Of a stretch of DNA of 64,000 bases, positions 25,239-35,142 are shown in pieces. The number at the start of each line of letters is the position of its first letter. Within the stretch, counting starts at the first letter, position 1. The translations under genes were made by a program, and so were the position numbers. The notes under the pieces were generated by a model. The model was not told the DNA's origin. It saw only the letters and a program-made list of their open reading frames with translations, and made no database searches. The stretch lies in IMG/VR virus record IMGVR_UViG_3300008448_000010; one strand, given 5' to 3'. Source of the DNA: an uncultured virus (IMG/VR IMGVR_UViG_3300008448_000010) (lineage: Duplodnaviria; Heunggongvirae; Uroviricota; Caudoviricetes).

Positions 25239-26272
25239 TAAATTATTGTATTACCTTCTATTTTATAATTAGATACTGATACTTTGTCTTTAATTTTACT
25301 CATTATACAGAAACCATGATTCCATTCATTGATTTCCATATATTCCGGAGCTAAGTCACACATACAACCTAAACTATAGGCTCTAATATTTGTAGGTTCT
25401 CCTACTCCAAAAACTCTCTGAGAACTCTCACTAGACTTATGGAAGTGATTTACTATGGAATTAGATTTAAGTCTCATTAAAAGTGTTCTAGCAGGTACTA
25501 CACCACCAGCACCTGGTATTTTATCACCGTGCTCTATAGTATAATCTCCAAATACAACTTTACTTCTGAATGGTAAATATTCTATTCTGTATTCTGCAAC
25601 ATGTAGTATTACATCTAGTCTACATTCATCTATGTCTAATAGTTCAGATGCTTTTATTCTTAAGTATCTTTCAAATCTATTTTCATGGTTACCTGTAATG
25701 TAGTAAATAGGAATATCCGGGAATCTACTTCTGATATATGCAAGAAATTCTTTTCCTGCTTCTATCTCACCTTTAAAATGAACTTCTCTTGGATCTTTTT
25801 CATGAAAAGATAATTGGTAAAAGTCTAATAAGTCTCCGTTAATAAATATAGAATCTACTTTTTCTTCTTCAAACTTTTTAAACATTACTTCTAAAGCAGT
25901 ATTATCATGATAAGGTATATGAACATCTCCAAATACTCCTAGTTTTTTGCAACCAGTTGGAAATGTAAATGAATTTCTTACTTTTGTATGTGATTCAGGT
26001 AATTGTAATTTATTTGACATAAATGTAGATTTTAATTCTTGTATATATTTAGAGTTTTTATTACTTAATTTTTTTCTTAAGTGTGAACCTTTTTGTCCAC
26101 GATAATATCTTATTCTACTATAAGCATGTTCAAATGTTTCAAAAAATGCAGATTGTTCAGAATATACTTTTCTAGCTAAAGTTTTAGAGGGTGCATTAGG
26201 AAACTTTTCAAGATATTCAAAAATAATATTAGTATTACTTTTTTTAGCACTTGGCTGTTTTATAATTGACAT
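25238..26272 (-). CDS. calcineurin-like metallophosphoesterase
   Basis: GDVH, NGDLLD, GNHE, HGD, HFH motifs. Confidence 0.85.
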   Translation of the reverse strand: MSIIKQPSAKKSNTNIIFEYLEKFPNAPSKTLARKVYSEQSAFFETFEHAYSRIRYYRGQKGSHLRKKLSNKNSKYIQELKSTFMSNKLQLPESHTKVRNSFTFPTGCKKLGVFGDVHIPYHDNTALEVMFKKFEEEKVDSIFINGDLLDFYQLSFHEKDPREVHFKGEIEAGKEFLAYIRSRFPDIPIYYITGNHENRFERYLRIKASELLDIDECRLDVILHVAEYRIEYLPFRSKVVFGDYTIEHGDKIPGAGGVVPARTLLMRLKSNSIVNHFHKSSESSQRVFGVGEPTNIRAYSLGCMCDLAPEYMEINEWNHGFCIMSKIKDKVSVSNYKIEGNTII

Positions 26273-26301
26273 ATAATCATTATATTTAATAAAAAAAAAT
26301 C

Positions 26302-26676
26302 ATGTTTACATCAAAATTAATAAAAGAAAATGGAAAGTTAGTTTATCTAGATGATAAATCAAAATTAAATTATAAATTATTTCTAGAAAAATTACCTGAA
26401 GGTCAGGAAATAGAAATATTTATAGGTTTAGCAACAAGTAATAAAAGTGTTGCACAACTTGCAAAAGTATATGCATGTATAAGAGAATTAGCTAAAGAAT
26501 CTGGTTATACATTTGAAGAAATGAAAACTTTAGTAAAAGAACAATCAGGACTATGCTATAATACAGGTGAAGAAACAGTATGTAAATCTTTTGCAGATTG
26601 TTCTAAAGATGAAATAATGTTAACTATACAAGCTTGTATAGAAATTGGAAGAATATATAATATTAATCTTGAGTAG
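26302..26676 (+). CDS. NinB/Orf-like recombination protein
   Basis: KSVAQL..YA.IRELA...GYT.EEMK...KSFADCSKDE pattern. Confidence 0.55.
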   Translation: MFTSKLIKENGKLVYLDDKSKLNYKLFLEKLPEGQEIEIFIGLATSNKSVAQLAKVYACIRELAKESGYTFEEMKTLVKEQSGLCYNTGEETVCKSFADCSKDEIMLTIQACIEIGRIYNINLE

Positions 26677-26986
26677 TTGGTTCTAAAGGATTTACATAAC
26701 CTTCATCTCCTGGTTGAAGAACTTCTTTTTCAACAATTAAATTATTAGCTTTGGCTTGTTGTTCAATTTCAGCAATTAAAAGAGTAACTGTATAAAATGC
26801 TTTTTGTAAATCATCTAGTTCTTCAGGTTTCTTATCAATTATTTCTTTTAAGTAAACATGTTTATCATCTACTTTAATTAAAGTAAATAAATAGAATGAT
26901 AAACCTTTGACCATCTCATAATAATTCTTATTTACTTGAATTGATACAAGAGCATCATCAGACATTTGTTTTAATTTAATAGGCAT
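26663..26986 (-). CDS. hypothetical protein
   Basis: Start MPIKLKQ at 26986, downstream of a TATATTTG box at 27002-27009. Confidence 0.65.
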   Translation of the reverse strand: MPIKLKQMSDDALVSIQVNKNYYEMVKGLSFYLFTLIKVDDKHVYLKEIIDKKPEELDDLQKAFYTVTLLIAEIEQQAKANNLIVEKEVLQPGDEGYVNPLEPTTQD

Positions 26987-27017
26987 AACAAAATATTTTA
27001 ACAAATATAATAAAAAA

Positions 27018-27698
27018 ATGGATTTACAAGAAATAAAACAAAAATTATTTAATAAATTTGCAGTTAATGGGTGGGACAAAGTTTTCAGATCATTTGTTTA
27101 TAGTACAGATTTTGATAATATATTAACAAAATTATGGGAATTAAGCAATGATGATAAAAAATTTACACCACCATTAAAACAAGTATTTAGAGCATTTGAA
27201 GAATGTCCTTATGATAATCTTCAAGTTGTAATAATAGGACAAGATCCTTATCCACAATTAGGAGTTGCTGATGGTATATCATTTAGTTGTAGTAATACAA
27301 ATAAATTACAACCTAGTTTAAGATTTATCTTACAAGAAGTTGATAGAACTGTATATAATAATGAAGTTATAAGTGAAGACCTGAATCTTAAAAGATGGTC
27401 AAATCAAGGTGTACTTATGCTTAATACAGCTCTTACAACTGAAATAGGTATTATTGGTAGCCATTATGATATATGGAGGCCGTTTACTACATATTTATTA
27501 GATTGGTTGAATATAAATAAATCTGAGCTTGTATATGTTTATATGGGTAAAAAAGCAGAAGAGTGGTCATCTATGACAGATGATACTAATATAAAATATT
27601 TTGTAAAACATCCTGCAAGTGCAGCTTATAATGGTTCTAAGTGGGCTTCAGATGATTTGTTTAATAAAATTAGTGTACATAAAAAAATAATTTGGTAA
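27018..27698 (+). CDS. ung: uracil-DNA glycosylase, family 1
   Basis: GQDPYP, PSL, QGVLMLN, HPAS motifs. Confidence 0.9.
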   Translation: MDLQEIKQKLFNKFAVNGWDKVFRSFVYSTDFDNILTKLWELSNDDKKFTPPLKQVFRAFEECPYDNLQVVIIGQDPYPQLGVADGISFSCSNTNKLQPSLRFILQEVDRTVYNNEVISEDLNLKRWSNQGVLMLNTALTTEIGIIGSHYDIWRPFTTYLLDWLNINKSELVYVYMGKKAEEWSSMTDDTNIKYFVKHPASAAYNGSKWASDDLFNKISVHKKIIW

Positions 27699-28285
27699 TG
27701 ACAGAAATATTTAATAAATTTGTGCAAGAAGATATTACTCCTGATGGGTATTATGTTCTTCATTGTATTAAAGAAAAGATTGTACCAAATAATTTTGTAA
27801 ATAATAGTTTACAAGTAACTAAATTAAAAAGGTATGATTGGCTTAATGAAGATTTGACTTTAACTAATAAAAGTCTTATATTCATGGCAGAAATAAATAG
27901 TTTTTTCAAAAAGACTAAAGCAAAAACATTACAAGATTTATTAGGAACAAAGTTTATTGACAAAATCCAAGAATATATTGAATTATTTCCTAACAGGAAA
28001 CTATCTTCTGGAAAATATGCAAGAACAACTTCTAAAAATTTAGAAACCAGTTTTAAATGGTTTTTTGAAAATTACAGTTATGATTGGGAAACAATAATCA
28101 AAGCTACTGAAAAGTATGTTGATGACTACAGTATAAGGAATTATGAGTTCATGAGAACTTCTCAGTATTTTATAAGAAAACAAAACATAGATAAATCCTT
28201 TGAATCTGATTTAGCAACATATTGTGAATTGCTTAATAATGGGTTTGATGAACCTGAAACATATTTTAAAGAAAGGATAGTATAA
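27692..28285 (+). CDS. hypothetical replication-associated protein
   Basis: 197 aa, upstream of DnaB; role inferred from position only. Confidence 0.6.
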   Translation: MVMTEIFNKFVQEDITPDGYYVLHCIKEKIVPNNFVNNSLQVTKLKRYDWLNEDLTLTNKSLIFMAEINSFFKKTKAKTLQDLLGTKFIDKIQEYIELFPNRKLSSGKYARTTSKNLETSFKWFFENYSYDWETIIKATEKYVDDYSIRNYEFMRTSQYFIRKQNIDKSFESDLATYCELLNNGFDEPETYFKERIV

Positions 28286-28461
28286 TGAAATGGAATAAAA
28301 CTATAAAGTTAAGTGTGTTGGCAATTTTGGGGAGTATTATAGCTTATTTTATAGTTAATAGTTTTATTGTTCATGTTACAATTGGACAATATATTTTAAT
28401 TGAGATAATTATTAGCACTTTGCATGCTATGTATAACAAAGCAAAAATACAAAATACTTAG
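28285..28461 (+). CDS. small membrane protein (58 aa)
   Basis: Read from sequence; TAATG coupling; two hydrophobic segments. Confidence 0.55.
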   Translation: MKWNKTIKLSVLAILGSIIAYFIVNSFIVHVTIGQYILIEIIISTLHAMYNKAKIQNT

Positions 28462-28466
28462 ATTTT

Positions 28467-29468
28467 ATGGCAGAATTATTTAATGGTGCCAGGCCTTTAA
28501 TGCCTGTAAGTGAGAGAGATGCTTTAAGAAAAGCTATCATCAAAATTAAGGCAAGAAGAAAAGGAGATGTTAAATCTCTCAGGAGTGCATGGCCTAAGTT
28601 TAATGATGCTTTTTGTGATGGATTAGAATGGAGAACTATCACTATAGTAGGTGCTAGACCGGGAACAGGAAAAACTTTATTTATGGAACAGTTGATTAGT
28701 GATATTATAGAACACAACACTGACCAAGAATTTAGAGTTTTAAAGTTCCAGATGGAAATGGTTGATGAAACCAATGGAATAAGAAAATTAAGTCTGAATA
28801 CAGGTTCTGATTACAATACATTAATGAGCAAGGGTGGTAATCCTGTAGATGAGAAAGTATTCTATAAATGTGTTGAGTATTATGAAAAGTCTATTGATAA
28901 AGACTTTATAAATGTAGTTTATGATTCATGTACCGTTGATGAAATGTGTGCTACCATTCATTATGAAATGGAAAAACACAGGAAAGAAGATGGAGAATTT
29001 ACAAACATGTTGATTACTATAGACCATTCAGCACTATTTAGAGTTGGCAGAGGACAAAAAGATAAATTTGAGATGTTAAATAGCTTAGGTGAGGCTCTCA
29101 CCATTATGAAAAAGAAATATCCAATTGCTTTTGTAGTATTAAGCCAGCTTAATAGAAATATTGATTCTCCTGATAGACAGAGAGATGGTGAATATGGAAA
29201 TTATGTATTAGATTCTGATATATATGGGTCAGATGCCTTATTGCAACATGCAGATGTAGTTATGGGAATTAACAAACCTTCAATTAGAAAAATTAGACAG
29301 TATGGACCTGAAAGATTTATTATAAATGATGAGGACATGTTAATCTTTCATTTCTTAAAGTCTAGAAATGGTACAACTAGAATAAGTTTTTTTAAGCTTG
29401 ATAGAAGTACTATGAGAATTGTTGAAATAGACACACCACCCCAAGCAACAAAAAAAATAGCAATTTAA
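28467..29468 (+). CDS. dnaB: DnaB-like replicative helicase
   Basis: GARPGTGKT, MEM, IDH, LSQLNR, ADVV, KSRNG. Confidence 0.9.
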   Translation: MAELFNGARPLMPVSERDALRKAIIKIKARRKGDVKSLRSAWPKFNDAFCDGLEWRTITIVGARPGTGKTLFMEQLISDIIEHNTDQEFRVLKFQMEMVDETNGIRKLSLNTGSDYNTLMSKGGNPVDEKVFYKCVEYYEKSIDKDFINVVYDSCTVDEMCATIHYEMEKHRKEDGEFTNMLITIDHSALFRVGRGQKDKFEMLNSLGEALTIMKKKYPIAFVVLSQLNRNIDSPDRQRDGEYGNYVLDSDIYGSDALLQHADVVMGINKPSIRKIRQYGPERFIINDEDMLIFHFLKSRNGTTRISFFKLDRSTMRIVEIDTPPQATKKIAI

Positions 29469-29478
29469 AAACAAACAA

Positions 29479-30096
29479 ATGAGTATTAGAAAAGAAAAAG
29501 AAAAAGATTTCTATGTTAAACACTTAGAAACTTTTAAAAATCTTAAAATTGATGAACCTTTCTTTACCATAAAAACTGCATTCTTTCAAAAAGGAAAATA
29601 TGGAAGACATGTTCAGTTTTTTGAATGGGAGTTAAAAAAGAATGAAGACATTTACATAGAGTTCTATGATAATGTAAAAGACAGTCAAGGCATAGATGTA
29701 GATGTAGTACCAATGAATAGTGATAGACAACTGTTTAAGTTTAAAAACAATCCGTTTTTTTATGAAGAATATGATGTAAGAGAAACTACAAATGGAAAAG
29801 GTGAAAGTTATTCTACCTATACTGTTCCAGTTTCTGAGATATCAGCTGTTCTTAAAGATGGTACAGAGATAACATATGCTCTTTATGAAAAAAGAAAATC
29901 TGATGTTGATACTAAATTAAAAATAGAAGAAGATGGTCTTCCTAAATTACAAAAAAGTCTAAGTTTATTTCCTGACTTTGAACAACAATTTCCAACTACA
30001 GTAGAAATTAATTTAGAAAGTAATAATGAATCAGCTTCAGATATATTATTAAGGATAGCCCAAGATTTTCAAAAATTAGCACTAATAATTAAATAA
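29479..30096 (+). CDS. hypothetical protein
   Basis: ORF track. Confidence 0.75.
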   Translation: MSIRKEKEKDFYVKHLETFKNLKIDEPFFTIKTAFFQKGKYGRHVQFFEWELKKNEDIYIEFYDNVKDSQGIDVDVVPMNSDRQLFKFKNNPFFYEEYDVRETTNGKGESYSTYTVPVSEISAVLKDGTEITYALYEKRKSDVDTKLKIEEDGLPKLQKSLSLFPDFEQQFPTTVEINLESNNESASDILLRIAQDFQKLALIIK

Positions 30097-30097
30097 C

Positions 30098-30820
30098 ATG
30101 AGTATAGTACTTCCAACAACAAAAGAAAAACCAACAAGATTTAATCCTAAAAGATTAATTATTTATTCTAAGCCTAAAACAGGAAAAACAACTGCTTTTT
30201 CTGGTTTAGAAGGTAATTTATTAATGGATTTAGAAAATGGTTCTGATTATGTAGAGGCTATGAAAATTAAAATTTCAAGTCTAAAAGAACTTCTAGATGC
30301 TGGTAAAGCAATTAAAGAAGCAAATAATCCATATAAATATGTTACTATAGATACAGTAACAGCTTTAGAAGATATGGTAATGCCTTTGGCAATAAAGTTA
30401 TACAAAGAAACATCTATGGGTAAAAACTATGATGGAGACAATGTATTATCATTACCTAATGGTGCAGGATATTTATATTTAAGACAAGCTTTTTTTCAAG
30501 TTTTAGATTTTATTGATACCTTAGCACCCCATATTATTTTATCTGGTCATATTAAAGACAAACAGGTAGATGATAAAGGAGAAATGGTAATGGCATCTAA
30601 CATAGATTTAACTGGTAAAATTAAATCCTTAATATGTGCTAATGCTGATGCAATAGGATATATGTTTAGAAAGGGTGATAAAACAATTATATCTTTTAAA
30701 ACTAGTGAAGGAGTAACTTGTGGTGCAAGACCAGAACACCTAAGAAATGAAGAGATAGTAGTTTCTGAAATGAATAACAAAGGTGAAATGAAGTTTCACT
30801 GGGATAAAATATATATGTAA
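30098..30820 (+). CDS. AAA_24 / Sak4-like ATPase
   Basis: YSKPKTGKTT, DLENG, IDT motifs. Confidence 0.75.
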   Translation: MSIVLPTTKEKPTRFNPKRLIIYSKPKTGKTTAFSGLEGNLLMDLENGSDYVEAMKIKISSLKELLDAGKAIKEANNPYKYVTIDTVTALEDMVMPLAIKLYKETSMGKNYDGDNVLSLPNGAGYLYLRQAFFQVLDFIDTLAPHIILSGHIKDKQVDDKGEMVMASNIDLTGKIKSLICANADAIGYMFRKGDKTIISFKTSEGVTCGARPEHLRNEEIVVSEMNNKGEMKFHWDKIYM

Positions 30821-30840
30821 CAAATAAAAACAAAATAAAA

Positions 30841-31521
30841 ATGGGATTAAGTACAACAGACCTAGGTACAGGAACAGGCCAACCAAAAACAATTGCACCA
30901 GGCAATCATGTATTAAAAATTAATAGCCTTATGCTAGAAGATTTTCAATTTATAGATGGTGCTAAACATTTAGTATTAAATGTAGAAACAGAACCAATTA
31001 GTGGTTTTGAAGGATTCTGGGTTGATAAAGATGATGAAAGTAAAGGCAAACATAATGGTCAGATTGGTAGAGTAAAAGCTAGTCAATATGCATTTGCTGA
31101 TGGAGAGACTAAGTCTGGAATTAAAATTCAGAGAGATAGATCTATGATGATTTTTATGCAGAACTTATGTAAAGCATTAGATATTAATGATTGGTTTATT
31201 GCTCAAGATGGTTTACATCAAACAATTGATGATCTTATTATAGCTTTTAATAAAACTGCTGACTTTAAAGATAACTATCTAGAATTTTGTGTTGCTGGTA
31301 AAGAATATATTGGCAAAACAGGATATACTAACTATGATATGTATTTACCAAAATCAGAAAAAGGTAAGTATGCATATGGTGAAGTTGAAGGTGGCAAGGT
31401 TATACAATATACTGAAGCAATACACTTAAGAAAAACTGAAATAAAAGATGTTAAAGCTTTTGGGGATGATGATTCTTTCTCAATTCCTTCTAAATCATCT
31501 TCTGATTTTTCATTAGACTAA
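30841..31521 (+). CDS. putative single-stranded DNA-binding protein
   Basis: Follows the Sak4-like ATPase; PGNH..KI start and acidic/aromatic C-tail (SDFSLD). Confidence 0.55.
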   Translation: MGLSTTDLGTGTGQPKTIAPGNHVLKINSLMLEDFQFIDGAKHLVLNVETEPISGFEGFWVDKDDESKGKHNGQIGRVKASQYAFADGETKSGIKIQRDRSMMIFMQNLCKALDINDWFIAQDGLHQTIDDLIIAFNKTADFKDNYLEFCVAGKEYIGKTGYTNYDMYLPKSEKGKYAYGEVEGGKVIQYTEAIHLRKTEIKDVKAFGDDDSFSIPSKSSSDFSLD

Positions 31522-31537
31522 ATTTTATTTAGTGATA

Positions 31538-31567
31538 AGAGGAATCAGAAATGGTTCCTCTTTTTTT
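31538..31567 (+). terminator. intrinsic terminator
   Basis: AGAGGAATC-agaaat-GGTTCCTCT plus T-tract. Confidence 0.75.
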
Positions 31568-31585
31568 GTTATTAAAAATTATATC

Positions 31586-32569
31586 ATGATTTCAACTAAA
31601 AATTTAATTTCTGATTTAAGAGATGTACCAAGAGAATGGGTTTTTGAGAATTATCTTAACTTAAAAGAAAAACTCACAGGACAAGATATTAAAATATTAT
31701 CTGCTTTTAATTCAAAGGATAAGATTCCTTCTATGTGTATTTATATTGATGCAACATCAGGATATTATAAATTTAAAGATTTTTCATCTGGAAATCAAGG
31801 TGATAACATAGAGTTAGTTAAAGCATTATATAATATGCCAACTAGATCTCATGCTACAAGCAAAATACTTTCTGATTATCAAGAATATATAAATAATAAT
31901 ACTTTTTTTGAAAAAAGAGAATTTAAAATTCATGATAAATTTAAAGTAGTTGACCATGAAATAAGACATTGGAATACATCAGATCAACAATATTGGACAA
32001 GATATAAAATTGGATCAACATTACTTGAGCATTATAATGTATTACCATTGAGCTATTTTACAATGGAAAAAAAAGATATAGATGATAGTATAATTTTATT
32101 TAAGTTTGAGAAACCATATATGTATGGCTATTTCAGAAATGATGGATCTTTGTATAAAGTTTATATGCCAAAAAACTTAAATAAAAAATTTATTAAAATA
32201 CAAAACTATCCACAAGGACATGAGCAGTTAACTTTTGAAAAAGATTATTTAATTATAACTTCTTCTTTAAAAGATCTTATGGTATTTCAAAAACTTAAAA
32301 TAGTTAATGCAGAATGTATAGCACCAGACAGTGAGAATACTATGATTTCAGAAACTATAATTAACAAACTTAGTAAAAAATATAAATCTATAATTGTACT
32401 GTTTGATAATGATGAACCTGGTATCAAAGCTGCTGAAAGATATAAACATAAATATAATTTTAGTTATGTTGTTCTTCCTATGGAAAAAGACTTATCTGAT
32501 TCAGTAGCAAAGCATGGTATTGATAAAGTTAGAGATATATTATTACCTTTACTAAAACAAACATTATGA
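31586..32569 (+). CDS. DNA primase (TOPRIM)
   Basis: FKDFSSG.GD, ITSSLKD, LFDNDEPG, KDLSD. Confidence 0.85.
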   Translation: MISTKNLISDLRDVPREWVFENYLNLKEKLTGQDIKILSAFNSKDKIPSMCIYIDATSGYYKFKDFSSGNQGDNIELVKALYNMPTRSHATSKILSDYQEYINNNTFFEKREFKIHDKFKVVDHEIRHWNTSDQQYWTRYKIGSTLLEHYNVLPLSYFTMEKKDIDDSIILFKFEKPYMYGYFRNDGSLYKVYMPKNLNKKFIKIQNYPQGHEQLTFEKDYLIITSSLKDLMVFQKLKIVNAECIAPDSENTMISETIINKLSKKYKSIIVLFDNDEPGIKAAERYKHKYNFSYVVLPMEKDLSDSVAKHGIDKVRDILLPLLKQTL

Positions 32570-32991
32570 GTTGGATTTACCAAGGTAAAAAGTTTACTGA
32601 AACAAATATACCAGAAAATGGTATTGGATTTATCTATCACATGTCAGTGATATTAAATGGAAATACTTATGCCTATATTGGTAAAAAGAATTTCTTTTCA
32701 AATGTAAAAAAGAAACTTGGTAAAAAAGCTTTAGCATTAGTTACTGATAAAAGATTAAAAAAATATACTAAAGAACAAAAAGCTAATTTTGAAAATTACT
32801 ATAGTAGTAATCAACAATTAAAAGAAGCTCACAAAGCAGGAGTTACTATTAAAAGAGAGATCTTGTTAATTTGTTATTCTGCTACAGAATTAACTTATCA
32901 AGAAGTAAAGCACCAGTTTAAATATGAAGTGCTTGAGAAAGAAAATTATTTAAATGCCAATATCCTTGGCAGATTTTACAAAACAAAATAA
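32566..32991 (+). CDS. GIY-YIG-fold endonuclease (EndoII-like)
   Basis: GFIY...YIGKK...YYSS...REIL...E...YLNANI. Confidence 0.65.
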   Translation: MSWIYQGKKFTETNIPENGIGFIYHMSVILNGNTYAYIGKKNFFSNVKKKLGKKALALVTDKRLKKYTKEQKANFENYYSSNQQLKEAHKAGVTIKREILLICYSATELTYQEVKHQFKYEVLEKENYLNANILGRFYKTK

Positions 32992-32992
32992 T

Positions 32993-33400
32993 ATGACAGA
33001 AAATGAAATGACAGGCCTTCTATTAAAGTTGGCTGACCTTGGTGTGACGGGAATTAAAATATTCTACTCAGGTGGAGGAGATTCAGGAGATATTGATGAT
33101 GTTGTATATACTACAACTAAAAAAGCTAGTTTTGATGATATTATGAATTTAAGTAATTATGGACAAGAAAACACTCTTTATTTAGCAACTCTTGATGGTT
33201 ATCTTAGAGATGATTTAATAGACTTTGCAAATGAAAAAATTCTAAATGGTATAGAAGATTGGTGGAATAATGATGGTGGTTATGGAATAATGCTTATTAA
33301 AATTCCTTCAGGTGAATATAAAATAAATAATACTATTTATGTTACTGATACTGAAGAATTTGAACATGAAGGAGATTTAATTGATAAAAGTTTAAATTAA
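32993..33400 (+). CDS. DUF6878-like protein
   Basis: YSGGGDSG and WWNNDGGYG motifs. Confidence 0.6.
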   Translation: MTENEMTGLLLKLADLGVTGIKIFYSGGGDSGDIDDVVYTTTKKASFDDIMNLSNYGQENTLYLATLDGYLRDDLIDFANEKILNGIEDWWNNDGGYGIMLIKIPSGEYKINNTIYVTDTEEFEHEGDLIDKSLN

Positions 33401-33406
33401 AAAAAT

Positions 33407-33574
33407 ATGATAGATTTTGAAAAGTGGTTAGAAGTTTTGAAGAATAAAACACTAACAGATGAATTAATAAAAGAAATACTTGAAAAAGTAGAAGATATAC
33501 ATGAAGATGCTTATGGTGAAGGATATGGTGATGCTAAAAATGAAATTATTTATCAAATAAAATATAAGATGTAA
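33407..33574 (+). CDS. small protein (55 aa, KW..LK..TLTDEL)
   Basis: Read from sequence; paralogous to 34614..34736. Confidence 0.6.
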   Translation: MIDFEKWLEVLKNKTLTDELIKEILEKVEDIHEDAYGEGYGDAKNEIIYQIKYKM

Positions 33575-33921
33575 TGGCACATCCAATGCAACATTGCAAA
33601 TCCTCAGTTAGAAAATGGGGTGGTCAGTTATCTGATTACCAACCTATTCATGATTGGTTTGATGAAACTAAGGCTTGGATAGGACACAGTAAACACAGAA
33701 TGTTTAGACATCATAGTGAAGGTATATTTGAATGTGAAAAAGTATTTGGTAACTCATTTATAAATTCAGATGGTAAAACTGTATACACTAGATATGTTGG
33801 AGAACAGCATGTAAAAGAAGATTGTAATAATTACATTCCTACTGCTAAAGAATGGGTTGATATGATATCATCAGGTAAACCTAAAGAATGGGCAATAAAA
33901 ACTTTAAAAATTGAAGACTAA
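33574..33921 (+). CDS. DUF6915-like protein, ends KIED
   Basis: HP..H..SS..KWGG, HDWFD, HR.FRHH, EQHV.ED motifs. Confidence 0.7.
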   Translation: MAHPMQHCKSSVRKWGGQLSDYQPIHDWFDETKAWIGHSKHRMFRHHSEGIFECEKVFGNSFINSDGKTVYTRYVGEQHVKEDCNNYIPTAKEWVDMISSGKPKEWAIKTLKIED

Positions 33922-34205
33922 TGGAAGATGTAAATAACATATTTACAGTAGACACTGTAATAGAAGAAGGTAGTTATATAAAAGTAACTGGAGAGTATCA
34001 AATACCTGACAGTTCATTATTCAAAAGAGGTGATATACTTACTGAAGATAAATATAATGGTCATCAGATATATGTTTCTTTTGGAACTAAAGATAAAGAT
34101 GGAAAAGATGGTTTAATACTAGATACTAGAAGCATGCATCCTGCTATTAAAAAACCTTTAGACGCAGTTATTTTGGGATTAAATTTATTTAAAATAGAAG
34201 ACTGA
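33921..34205 (+). CDS. hypothetical protein, ends KIED
   Basis: ORF track. Confidence 0.7.
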   Translation: MEDVNNIFTVDTVIEEGSYIKVTGEYQIPDSSLFKRGDILTEDKYNGHQIYVSFGTKDKDGKDGLILDTRSMHPAIKKPLDAVILGLNLFKIED

Positions 34206-34405
34206 TGACACAAGAAAAAAAAGTAAAAGAAATCAAAGAAAAAATAGAAGCTTTAGTTAATGAAGGTATAAAACTTTTAGAAAGTAATTATGATATGGAT
34301 TATACTAAATCTGATAATCCTGCACATATTACTATGATGTATTTAAATAGTGCATTATGGGAAGTAGATTCTTTAGATGAAGAAAATTTAAAAATAGAAG
34401 ACTAA
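34205..34405 (+). CDS. hypothetical protein, ends KIED
   Basis: ORF track. Confidence 0.7.
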   Translation: MTQEKKVKEIKEKIEALVNEGIKLLESNYDMDYTKSDNPAHITMMYLNSALWEVDSLDEENLKIED

Positions 34406-34614
34406 TGAAAAAAGAAAGAAAAAAAGAATGGTATTCTAAAATTAAAGAAGCATCTGCTCTTTGGTTTAAAGAAAATCCTGATTATCATCCTGCATTTAAT
34501 TATTATGATTCAGGTGAAGTTAGTATTCCAAATGATTCTGAGTACTATAGAGTACCTATAGAAATGTGGAAAGAATATCATGAAGAATTGTATAATGTTA
34601 AAATAGAAGACTAA
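34405..34614 (+). CDS. hypothetical protein, ends KIED
   Basis: ORF track. Confidence 0.7.
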   Translation: MKKERKKEWYSKIKEASALWFKENPDYHPAFNYYDSGEVSIPNDSEYYRVPIEMWKEYHEELYNVKIED

Positions 34615-34736
34615 TGACAGAAGAAGAATTATATAAGTGGATATACAATTTAAAATTGCAAACACTTACAGATGAACTTAAAGATACTATAGTTGAAAAA
34701 ATTCAAGATGTAGTTTGGACTTTAACAAATAAATAA
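34614..34736 (+). CDS. small protein (40 aa, MTEEELYKW...TLTDEL)
   Basis: Read from sequence. Confidence 0.55.
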   Translation: MTEEELYKWIYNLKLQTLTDELKDTIVEKIQDVVWTLTNK

Positions 34737-34737
34737 T

Positions 34738-35142
34738 ATGATTTTAAACAAACAAGAAATTAAAAACATATTGAATATGTTACTTTCTGAAGATAAAGAA
34801 AATGCTATAATTGCTTTTTCTTGTCTTAATAACTATGCTAGTAAAAAACATTTAGGTAATTTATTGGTATTATATCAATTTGGTAGAATATCAGCTGAAG
34901 AATGGGAAAAAGAATGTAAAAAAGTTTTTAAACTTATAAAAAATGTTTTAAAACTTGATAGTACAGATTATAGAGTACCTTCTTCTACAGTATTTTCTGC
35001 TTTAATGAGTAATAAATGTAGTAAAGAATCAATAGAATTATATTTAGAATTATTTACTAATCAACTTTCTAATAATTTATATAATATGGGTTATCCTACA
35101 GATAAATTAGAAATAAATGTAAAAATAAAAGACAATGACTAG
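34738..35142 (+). CDS. hypothetical protein
   Basis: ORF track. Confidence 0.7.
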   Translation: MILNKQEIKNILNMLLSEDKENAIIAFSCLNNYASKKHLGNLLVLYQFGRISAEEWEKECKKVFKLIKNVLKLDSTDYRVPSSTVFSALMSNKCSKESIELYLELFTNQLSNNLYNMGYPTDKLEINVKIKDND

